From assembly GCA_963674595.2 (NCBI GenBank), contig CAXXFV010000015.1, positions 96,001 to 160,000 on the forward strand: a DNA stretch of 64,000 nucleotides. The letters run 5' to 3'. Source of the DNA: a bacterium. Lineage in GTDB: Bacteria; Zhuqueibacterota; Zhuqueibacteria; Residuimicrobiales; Krinioviventaceae. The notes beneath the pieces are model-generated. The model worked only from the letters and a program-made list of their open reading frames with translations. It searched no databases and was not told the origin of the DNA. Below are positions 8,019 through 15,442 of this stretch, in pieces (position 1 is the stretch's first letter; each line of letters opens with the position of its first letter). The position numbers and the translations under genes are program-made.

Positions 8019-9986
8019 TTACAAAGTTGAATGATTTATTGCCTCCTTTAAAACAGGTGTTTTTGGGGGGGTGTAAAATGGCTTAAATAATGAAAAGATT
8101 AACCGTTTTGCTGATTTATATTCCAATGTATTAACAATTTGAAGTGTTGTATTTGGTTTTAATTCCAGCTTTTGTTTGATTTTTTCTTCCGTTATATCAG
8201 TATTACCATGTGTTTGTATAACTATAGTCGAAGGAAGTTTTAATTTGTCATTTAGTACTTTTAACAGGTAATTGTAGTACCTCCAATTGATTTTATTGGT
8301 ATCTACCAGTAATAAATATCCCAAAGAGTTTTTGGAAAAGAATTCCATTAATGGGCCAAATTCTTTTTCCAAAGAAAAACTGATAATGTTTAAAAGTTTG
8401 TTGCTTTTAAATTCTATTGTACCATAATCTATATCAGCGAATTCGGAGTTTTGACTTTTAGAAGTAATGGTTTTGTTTTTCGTTAATACATTTACTAAAT
8501 TTTTTCGGAATACATCTTCTATACTGAGTATTAAAATATTGCCTTTTGCTTTTGCAAATAGGGTCTTTAATTCAGATTCTTTTTTTACAGGATCGTTCTG
8601 TACGTTTTCTTGAAAAACAGGCTCCGGTGAAGGTGTGTTAATAAATGAAGGATGCTCTTCATCGATTTTAAATAACGCATCAGCCGGATGAGCTAAGGGC
8701 ATGTTGTTTTTAACTTGTTTTTCCATGTCCAGTTTTAGTGAACTGTAAGTGAGATCCTGAGGTTCCTCTTCCAAGGTCATTTCATCTGATTCATCCCGTA
8801 TATCATAGAATGGATCATTTTTAAGTGAAAAGAAAGGCCGGTGCTCACCTAATTCCGGTTCAGACTGGTGGATAAAATCCGGTGTGGAAATTTCCTCCTC
8901 TTCTTCCGGCAAGCTAAAATTTTTCGGTGAGTCAAATTTGTTATTATTGGATTCGGAAAAAGCAGATCTGGATTCGTGACTTAATGTTTTTGCCGATTCC
9001 TGCAGCTCTGTTTCTTCCTCTTCAAATCCAAAATTTTTCAGAGTATTTAAAAAGCCTAGTCGATATAGCTTTAAAATTCGTTTTAAAGTTGTTATCTCGT
9101 CATATTTACTTTCGTCAATAATTCGGCCAAGAGCGCGCTGGCCGTTAAACAGCTCGAGAAAGTATTTTAAATCTGTATTTAATTCCTTCTGCGTTATCAG
9201 TTTTTTAAAATTTGATGTTGTTATGACGACTGTTTCCAGAGAAGGGAGCTGTTTTAAAATTTCTTCTCTCTGTTCCATTCTCTTTGCTCCTTCCAATAAA
9301 ATACCCATGTTGCTAATACTTATATTATCGGTTGCATCGATTTCACAAAAGAGCATGGAGAATCTACCTTTTGTCCATGAAAACATTTTATAAACAGCTT
9401 CTTCATTGTCCAAACTGTTACAGGAAGCGTTTATAACATGTCCGTCTTTAAAAAAGACCTGCCCCGATAAATTGTTTTCATTAAAAAGGCTTAACACACC
9501 TGTTTTTTTCTCGATACCAAAAACCTGAATTAAATCGACAAGTGATATGTCTTCAAGTCTTCCAACAAATTTTTTTCGTGCCAGTGTTTTCTCATGGCTC
9601 CTGCGATAAATTCTGGAAATAATCAAATTTACTCTGGAAATTACTTCCTGAACATGCATGGGCTTTACGATAAAGTCTTTGGCGCCAAGTTTTAAGCTTT
9701 TAACACGATTCCATACATCGCTTTGTTGGGTGAGAAAAATAACAGGTATTGTTGATTCATCCATTTCTCTCTGAATGTTTTCCAGCAAACGATAACCATT
9801 GATGCCTGGCCCTGATAATTCGGATAATACCAGATCAAATGCATTTGATTTTATTTTTTCAAATGCATCCGCGTCATTTGTGGATGTGTCCACATTAAAC
9901 TGTGCTTCCTCAAAATTGGACTTGAGAATTTGCAGGTTCTTTGTATCTTTGTCGATAATGAGGATATTTTTTTTACTGCTGTTCAT
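8019..9986 (-). CDS. Atypical receiver + DUF4388 + acidic linker + degenerate GTPase-like domain
   Basis: REC (DLVLSE, PVIFLT, DFIVKP); FVGRLEDISLVDLIQVFGIEKKTG...WTKGRF; C-terminal DIDYGTIEF...LGYLLLVD. Confidence 0.8.
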   Translation of the reverse strand: MNSSKKNILIIDKDTKNLQILKSNFEEAQFNVDTSTNDADAFEKIKSNAFDLVLSELSGPGINGYRLLENIQREMDESTIPVIFLTQQSDVWNRVKSLKLGAKDFIVKPMHVQEVISRVNLIISRIYRRSHEKTLARKKFVGRLEDISLVDLIQVFGIEKKTGVLSLFNENNLSGQVFFKDGHVINASCNSLDNEEAVYKMFSWTKGRFSMLFCEIDATDNISISNMGILLEGAKRMEQREEILKQLPSLETVVITTSNFKKLITQKELNTDLKYFLELFNGQRALGRIIDESKYDEITTLKRILKLYRLGFLNTLKNFGFEEEETELQESAKTLSHESRSAFSESNNNKFDSPKNFSLPEEEEEISTPDFIHQSEPELGEHRPFFSLKNDPFYDIRDESDEMTLEEEPQDLTYSSLKLDMEKQVKNNMPLAHPADALFKIDEEHPSFINTPSPEPVFQENVQNDPVKKESELKTLFAKAKGNILILSIEDVFRKNLVNVLTKNKTITSKSQNSEFADIDYGTIEFKSNKLLNIISFSLEKEFGPLMEFFSKNSLGYLLLVDTNKINWRYYNYLLKVLNDKLKLPSTIVIQTHGNTDITEEKIKQKLELKPNTTLQIVNTLEYKSAKRLIFSLFKPFYTPPKTPVLKEAINHSTL

Positions 9987-10027
9987 GGTATTTTTTAACT
10001 ATTCCGAATTCGGGTAAAAAGAGAAAT

Positions 10028-10047
10028 AATGACAATTTTTTGTCATT
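10028..10047. promoter_or_regulatory. 20-bp operator-like palindrome
   Basis: AATGACAA-N4-TTGTCATT between the promoter and ATG of 8019..9986. Confidence 0.4.
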
Positions 10048-10074
10048 TATAGAAAATATTCTATGACGTTAAAA

Positions 10075-10103
10075 AATTTATCCAAAATTACCAATAAAGT
10101 CAA
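10075..10103 (-). promoter_or_regulatory. Putative sigma70 promoter of the receiver/DUF4388 operon
   Basis: TTGACT-17bp-TAAATT on the minus strand. Confidence 0.55.
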
Positions 10104-10122
10104 GGTTTTTCTAAGATTAAAT

Positions 10123-10151
10123 AAAAAAGCCGGTTATTAACCGGCTTTTTT
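10123..10151 (-). terminator. Intrinsic terminator (symmetric)
   Basis: AAAAAAGCCGGTT-ATT-AACCGGCTTTTTT immediately after the 10153 stop. Confidence 0.85.
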
Positions 10152-10152
10152 A

Positions 10153-10809
10153 TTAATATAATATTGCCTCTTTAAGGCGATCTATTTTTGTTTTATTTTC
10201 TGAGGCTTTATTAAATTCGATCTGAAGGGTTTTGTCGTTAAAATCGTCGATTAATTTTAGAGGAATTTGTACGGCACCCATTGAGTTTGGTGTATACTTT
10301 TCATTTAAATGATTAAAATGTAAAACCCAATTGTTGAAATTATTATTTTGATGGTCCCAAAGAAAAAGAGAACATGAATTTTTTCCAGGATTGGTCATTA
10401 TCCGAATGGCGATTTGATCTTTTGGAAGTGATAAAAGATCAAAATCCTTCAAGGATGTTTTTCCCGGTACCCCGTTGGCTTGAAAAAGGACCTTGGTTTT
10501 ATAGGTTCCAGGTTCACTTTTATTTAAATCAGCGGGTTCACAAATTATCAAACCGTATCTGATTTCCGGGTGGTTGGATAATTTTTTGGAAAAATCGATG
10601 ACCTTGTTTGAAACAGGCCTGGAAAGTTCATGAATTAATAACTTGTAATAGGATTCGATTTTTTCCAGAGTTTCTCTGCATGAAGAACATTGTTGGAGAT
10701 GTAGTTGGATTCTCTTCCTAGACTCTTCATTTAATCCTTCTTCCAGGAACAAATATTCAAGGTCGATAGCAGAAGGACAATGCTTGCTTGTTTTGCTCGT
10801 ATTTTTCAT
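10153..10809 (-). CDS. zf-HC2 (ZAS) anti-sigma-like protein, soluble
   Basis: N-terminal HCP...HLQQCSSC HxxxCxxC motif; no TM helix; follows the sigma-like gene. Confidence 0.65.
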   Translation of the reverse strand: MKNTSKTSKHCPSAIDLEYLFLEEGLNEESRKRIQLHLQQCSSCRETLEKIESYYKLLIHELSRPVSNKVIDFSKKLSNHPEIRYGLIICEPADLNKSEPGTYKTKVLFQANGVPGKTSLKDFDLLSLPKDQIAIRIMTNPGKNSCSLFLWDHQNNNFNNWVLHFNHLNEKYTPNSMGAVQIPLKLIDDFNDKTLQIEFNKASENKTKIDRLKEAILY

Positions 10810-10906
10810 GATGTTTTTCAGTGATTTTTGGTGTAAAGTTTGGTTGAATTGTTTTGTTACATTGTATCACTATAATACAAGCAAGCATCAAATTTTACGG
10901 AAAAAA

Positions 10907-12022
10907 TTATAATAATTCTTTTAATTGTTTGCGAAAGTTTCTTTTGGCAACTTTGGCAAGGTATTCAAAAACGGAACGTTCGTTATTTCGATATTCCTTT
11001 TGTGATAGTTCGGGCAGGTAATGTTTCAAATTCCTGTAATAGGAAGATGTATCCTTTTTTTGTATTAAATCATATAATACATCTTTTAAAGCTTTTGTGT
11101 ATGTTGTTGATTTTTCTTCAGATAGTTTACCGCTGTCGACGTATTGTTTTTGGATTTTTTCAGAAATTTCATCCATAACAATTTCTATATATCCTTCAAT
11201 TTCTTTGTTTTCCAAATTGTCAATAGGTGTTGAAACATGTCCTTCAGAATTTAATTTTTCTTTATAGGATTCAAATTTTAAACTTCTCAAAAGTTTAACT
11301 ATTTTATCAATAGCTAAATAATTTTGAGATTCGGTATTGTTGTATACAAGCTCAAGTATTTTTTTGATGGAATTTGATATCGAGTCACCTGGATTGTATA
11401 TCTGAAGAAATTGGCTGTGTAAAATTTCTTCTGTGATCGGTGGTTTTGTTTTACGAAGATACTGCAAGAGTTCTTTGTTCTGAATGTTTTCTTCGGGATT
11501 GTAGTGAAAACCATTTTTGTAAAAGACGAATTCACGTCCCATTTCCTGAAAAAATGACAGTTTTTCAGAACTTCTAATGGCGACTTTGATGTTTCTTACA
11601 ATCTTGGCGCCTTCAGGGTCTCTTTCTCTGAAAATGCGTGATAATTCTTGTTTGGTTTTTCTTACAATTAAACGGCGAGTTAAAATGAGTACGTCCGAGT
11701 CTGTAATGTTTTCAAGCTCGGCGAATTTTGTTTCATAGTACTTTTTAAGTTGAGGGAAGGAACCATTTTCATCGCGGCTAAAAAGTTCAGCGATGCAGTC
11801 TATGGCTAAATCTCCCAGTTCGATTTCGGTGTTTAGCCTTTCACCCGAAATTCTTTTGCCTGTTACTTCTTGATATTTTAGATATCCTAATGAAATTTTT
11901 TGTGCCCAATTTATATATTGGACAAGCTGTGCCTGGCTGTAATCGCCGGAGCAAATGCTTTTGACGAGATCAATAAAATTTTCTTTCATTCCGCAAATAT
12001 CTCTTTTTTGTTTAACGGCCAT
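10907..12022 (-). CDS. Highly divergent ECF sigma-factor-like protein with long insertion
   Basis: Region-2-like DLAIDCIAELF...LTRRLIVRKTKQELSRIFR; region-4-like end SVFEYLAKVAKRNFRKQLKELL; adjacent ZAS gene. ORF certain, function inferred. Confidence 0.5.
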   Translation of the reverse strand: MAVKQKRDICGMKENFIDLVKSICSGDYSQAQLVQYINWAQKISLGYLKYQEVTGKRISGERLNTEIELGDLAIDCIAELFSRDENGSFPQLKKYYETKFAELENITDSDVLILTRRLIVRKTKQELSRIFRERDPEGAKIVRNIKVAIRSSEKLSFFQEMGREFVFYKNGFHYNPEENIQNKELLQYLRKTKPPITEEILHSQFLQIYNPGDSISNSIKKILELVYNNTESQNYLAIDKIVKLLRSLKFESYKEKLNSEGHVSTPIDNLENKEIEGYIEIVMDEISEKIQKQYVDSGKLSEEKSTTYTKALKDVLYDLIQKKDTSSYYRNLKHYLPELSQKEYRNNERSVFEYLAKVAKRNFRKQLKELL

Positions 12023-12192
12023 CTTGTAATTTCACCGCACTCCCATCACCAATAGTATAAATCCTATTATGAACCCATTAGATGGCTAAAAACGATGCGG
12101 TTGGCACCTGACTAGGGCGGCATAATTCTTACCTATTTTAAAATTTGCTGCGCCAATTAAAGGTTTAGGTGCGTCTGAGTATTTTTCTTTAC

Positions 12193-12207
12193 GCAAATCA
12201 TGTACCA
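12193..12207 (-). promoter_or_regulatory. Putative sigma54 (-24/-12) promoter
   Basis: TGGTAC-ATGAT-TTGC with exact GG-N10-GC spacing. Confidence 0.65.
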
Positions 12208-12289
12208 TGTTTGTAAAAGTTATGGTGCCTGTAATAAGCTGTTTTTGTTAATCTGTAAACAGCAGAAAGCTTAATGTTGTATTTATTTT

Positions 12290-12324
12290 TGTTGTGTGGT
12301 GAAACACTGTATCGTTGTGATACA
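12290..12324. promoter_or_regulatory. Tandem TGT-N11-ACA enhancer-like sites
   Basis: TGTTGTGTGGTGAAACA (12290-12306) and the perfect TGTATC-N5-GATACA (12308-12324), about 85-120 bp upstream of the -24 box. Confidence 0.5.
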
Positions 12325-12397
12325 AAATTTGCTTTTTTGATGATTTTAGCATAAATGTTTCAATTATAGCTGTCGTTTAAAAGTATTGCTAAAAAAG

Positions 12398-12426
12398 TTG
12401 ACTTTTAATTTTCTGATTTGTATATT
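12398..12426 (+). promoter_or_regulatory. sigma70 promoter of the tRNA/tadA/ffs/dnaX cluster
   Basis: TTGACT-17bp-TATATT, 16 nt before tRNA-Glu. Confidence 0.7.
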
Positions 12427-12442
12427 AATAGGCTTTATATTT

Positions 12443-12515
12443 GGCGCGTTCGTCTAGGGGTCTAGGACGCTGGCCTCTCACGCCGGTAACACGGGTTCGA
12501 ATCCCGTACGCGCTA
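12443..12515 (+). tRNA. tRNA-Glu(CTC)
   Basis: Cloverleaf GGCGCGT/ACGCGCT, anticodon loop CT-CTC-AC, GGTTCGAATCC; CCA not encoded. Confidence 0.95.
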
Positions 12516-12537
12516 CGTAAAAAGTTTGATTAAAAAT

Positions 12538-12611
12538 GCGCTCGTAGCTCAATTGGATAGAGCATCTGGCTACGGACCAGAAGGTTGGGGATTCGAGCTC
12601 CTCCGAGCGCG
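12538..12611 (+). tRNA. tRNA-Arg(ACG)
   Basis: GCGCTCG/CGAGCGC acceptor, loop CT-ACG-GA; T arm GGGGA-TTCGAGC-TCCTC. Confidence 0.95.
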
Positions 12612-12634
12612 CTTTTTAAAGAACGGTTCTCATT

Positions 12635-13087
12635 ATGGACGACCATAGTAAATGGATGCAGGAAGCCTTGAAGGAAGCTGAAAAGGCTTTAGCAAAAAAT
12701 GAAGTGCCGGTTGGCGCTGTTGTTGTTTGTGATGAAAAGATAGTCGGTCGCGGGCATAATTTGATTGAAACGCTTCAGGACCCGGCGGCACATGCGGAGA
12801 TGCTTGCCATTACCGCCGCTTCTAATACGTTGGCATCCTGGCGACTTGACGATTGCGTTTTATATGCAACATTAGAGCCTTGTTTAATGTGTGCAGGTGC
12901 AATTCTTTTATCACGAATACCGCTTGTCGTTTTTGCTGCTGAGGATCCCAGACTAGGCGCCTGTGGAAGTGTTGTCAATGTTTTGGAAAACGAAAAAATT
13001 GATTTGCAGGCAAAAATGATCAAGGGCGTTCTTGAGGAACCGTGTAGTAAAATTTTAAAGGATTTTTTTAAAAAATTGCGCCAATAG
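12635..13087 (+). CDS. tadA: tRNA adenosine(34) deaminase
   Basis: EVPVGAV, HAE and TLEPCLMC motifs. Confidence 0.95.
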   Translation: MDDHSKWMQEALKEAEKALAKNEVPVGAVVVCDEKIVGRGHNLIETLQDPAAHAEMLAITAASNTLASWRLDDCVLYATLEPCLMCAGAILLSRIPLVVFAAEDPRLGACGSVVNVLENEKIDLQAKMIKGVLEEPCSKILKDFFKKLRQ

Positions 13088-13103
13088 GCGTTTTATTGTT
13101 TTG

Positions 13104-13188
13104 GGAGAGGTGCGAGAGTGGTTGAATCGGGCGGTCTCGAAAACCGTTGTGCCTTCGGGTACCCAGGGTTCGAATCCCTGTCTCTCCG
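13104..13188 (+). tRNA. tRNA-Ser(CGA)
   Basis: GGAGAGG/TCTCTCC, loop CT-CGA-AA, long variable arm. Confidence 0.95.
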
Positions 13189-13243
13189 CAAAGAGTGAGT
13201 CGTGGCGCTAAAAATATGGGGGATTGGAAAAAAGTTTTTTTAA

Positions 13244-13329
13244 GGAGAGGTGTCCGAGAGGCTGAAGGAGCACGCTTGGAAAGCGTGTGTAGGCAACCCC
13301 TACCGCGGGTTCGAATCCCGCCCTCTCCG
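13244..13329 (+). tRNA. tRNA-Ser(GGA)
   Basis: GGAGAGG/CCTCTCC, loop TT-GGA-AA, long variable arm. Confidence 0.95.
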
Positions 13330-13340
13330 CTCTTTTTTTT

Positions 13341-13413
13341 GGGGCCGTAGCTCAGTTGGGAGAGCGGTACGTTCGCAACGTACAGGTCGTGGGTTCAACT
13401 CCCATCGGCTCCA
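13341..13413 (+). tRNA. tRNA-Ala(CGC)
   Basis: GGGGCCG/CGGCTCC with G3:U70, loop TT-CGC-AA. Confidence 0.95.
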
Positions 13414-13416
13414 CTT

Positions 13417-13686
13417 GGCTGTGCTAGATGGGGAGCTAGCGGTGCCCTGTAACCTGCAATCCGCTATAGCAGGATCGAATTCCCATTCTGAGGTTTGCTC
13501 GTTATGGTATGATGATGGAAAGCGATGTTGATGGTCCAAGCCCTGCGCAATGAAGGAGTACCCAACCCCGTCAGGATCGGAAGATAGCAGCGGTAAGTAT
13601 TGAATTCATGTGCCGCAGGAATTTTTGGCTGGAGTTGGCTATCATTTTCTTGTCATAAAAGAGGAATCGAGGATGGGTGCACAGCC
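13417..13686 (+). ncRNA. ffs: Large bacterial SRP RNA (Alu-domain type)
   Basis: 5' GTGCTAGATGGGGAGCTAGCGGTGCCCTGTAACCTGCAATCCGCT resembles B. subtilis scRNA; domain IV TCAGGATCGGAAGATAGCAGC; GGCTGTGC/GCACAGCC end pairing; lies upstream of dnaX. Confidence 0.92.
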
Positions 13687-13735
13687 TTTATGAATCCTCA
13701 AAATCATTCTGGAATTACAAAACGAGAGTATCTTC

Positions 13736-15430
13736 ATGTCCTACCTGGTTTTAGCGAGAAAATATCGCCCCATGTTTTTTGAGGACGTTGTGGGGCAGCA
13801 GCATGTTTGTGTTACTCTACAAAATGCTATTGAAAAAAAACGTATTGCTAATGCATATATTTTTTCCGGTCCCCGGGGTGTCGGAAAAACCACGGTTGCC
13901 CGATTATTATCCAAAGCTTTAAATTGTGAACATGGACCAACAACGAAACCATGTAATAAATGCTCGTCTTGTCTGGAGATTAACGAAAGCCGAAGTCTCG
14001 ATGTTTTTGAAATAGACGGCGCGTCCAATCGTGGTATTGATGAAGTACGAAATCTTCGTGATGGTTTGAAATATTCATCAACTCCGGGTAAATACAGAAT
14101 CTATATTATCGACGAAGTTCACATGCTCACCAACGAAGCATTTAACGCTTTGTTAAAAACGTTGGAAGAGCCGCCGGCGAATGTATTGTTTGTTTTTGCA
14201 ACAACCGAATCCCATAAAATTCCTGCTACCATTCTTTCCAGATGTCAGCGTTTTGAGTTTAAACGCATGTCTACACAAAACATTATAAAACAATTGCAGG
14301 AACTTTGCGTTAAAGAAGAAATTGAAATTGACAATGAATCGTTACGTCTTGTTGCCAGTAAAGCCGATGGCAGTATGCGGGACTCGGAAAGTATTTTAGA
14401 CCAGGTCATAGCATTCTGTGGGAAAACGATCCAGGCTAAAGATGTTTCGAATTTGCTGGGAATTATTGATACCAATCTGTTTTTTCAGGTTACCGATTTT
14501 ATTAAAGAAGGCAATGTTGAAGGTGGAATAGAGCTGTCGTCAAAGATTTTTGTGGAAGGATATGAATTTAACGAATTTTTGGCCGGGTTAGCTGAACACT
14601 TGCGAAATTTTCTCATTGTTTGTACAACCGGTAAAACTGAAGAGCTTAATGTGTCAGAGGAACATGCACAACGTTATTTAAGCGAAAAAGAACATTTTCA
14701 GGTTGAAGACCTTTTAAGATTATTGCAGGTTGCTACGGATGCCATGACGATTATTCGGAAAAGCACCAACGCCAGATTGCACCTGGAAATATCGCTCGTA
14801 AAAATGATAAAAATGAGCAAAAGCCTTCAACTTTCACAAATTTTAACTTCTATCGAAGAGTTAAAAAAAAAGCCCCTGCCGACCGTAGCTAGTCCTTCTC
14901 ATGGTGATAAACCTGTACAAAAATCTGTAACGATACCAAAGGTCAAGTCGTCGGGAGTTTTGAGCTTTATGCCGGACAAATCTACCGTCGCGCAAAGCCC
15001 GGATATTCCCCCGGAAGAAAATGGTTCTAGTGAACAATTATCGGCTGATATTTCTTTGGCTGATCTTGAAAAGAAATGGGACTCTATAGTTGATTTTGTT
15101 AAAAAGAGCAAAATTGCGTTGGGTACATTTTTAGGAGAGGGCTGGCCGGTTTCATTAACAGACAACAAGTTGATAATCGCTTTGGATGAGAATAATGGAT
15201 TTCATATCAGTACATTAAAAAAGAACAATGCTGCTGTTGAAGAATTGCTGAAGGAATATTTGGGTGTTCAATTAAGTATAGAGTATATAAAGGACAGCCA
15301 GGGAATGCTGGAATCGGTAAACAGAAAACCGCAGCAAGTTGACAAGGCTTCCGAGTTTGACAAGCTTAAGGAAGAAAATCCATTGGTGCAAAAAATTGTC
15401 GATACATTTGATGCAAAATTTGTAAAATAG
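13736..15430 (+). CDS. dnaX: DNA polymerase III subunit tau/gamma
   Basis: LARKYRP, GPRGVGKT, IIDEVHML and SRC motifs. Confidence 0.97.
   Translation: MSYLVLARKYRPMFFEDVVGQQHVCVTLQNAIEKKRIANAYIFSGPRGVGKTTVARLLSKALNCEHGPTTKPCNKCSSCLEINESRSLDVFEIDGASNRGIDEVRNLRDGLKYSSTPGKYRIYIIDEVHMLTNEAFNALLKTLEEPPANVLFVFATTESHKIPATILSRCQRFEFKRMSTQNIIKQLQELCVKEEIEIDNESLRLVASKADGSMRDSESILDQVIAFCGKTIQAKDVSNLLGIIDTNLFFQVTDFIKEGNVEGGIELSSKIFVEGYEFNEFLAGLAEHLRNFLIVCTTGKTEELNVSEEHAQRYLSEKEHFQVEDLLRLLQVATDAMTIIRKSTNARLHLEISLVKMIKMSKSLQLSQILTSIEELKKKPLPTVASPSHGDKPVQKSVTIPKVKSSGVLSFMPDKSTVAQSPDIPPEENGSSEQLSADISLADLEKKWDSIVDFVKKSKIALGTFLGEGWPVSLTDNKLIIALDENNGFHISTLKKNNAAVEELLKEYLGVQLSIEYIKDSQGMLESVNRKPQQVDKASEFDKLKEENPLVQKIVDTFDAKFVK
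14861..14892 (+). other. dnaX slippery site (A9 / A_AAA_AAG) with nearby -1 and +1 frame stops
   Basis: TTA AAA AAA AAG in frame; TAG at 14890 (-1 frame) and 14886 (+1 frame). Confidence 0.7.
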
Positions 15431-15442
15431 GAAGGATATTTT

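Noticed and set aside
12100-12176. Resemblance to a c-di-GMP-I riboswitch (GACGC...CCTAAACC)
   Set aside because: The GGCAAA/GAAA-tetraloop P2 and the GCAAAG core are absent; kept only as an unassigned structured leader.
13147-13782. ORFs 13147..13350, 13250..13531, 13300..13539 and 13600..13782
   Set aside because: They overlap tRNAs and the SRP RNA; spurious.
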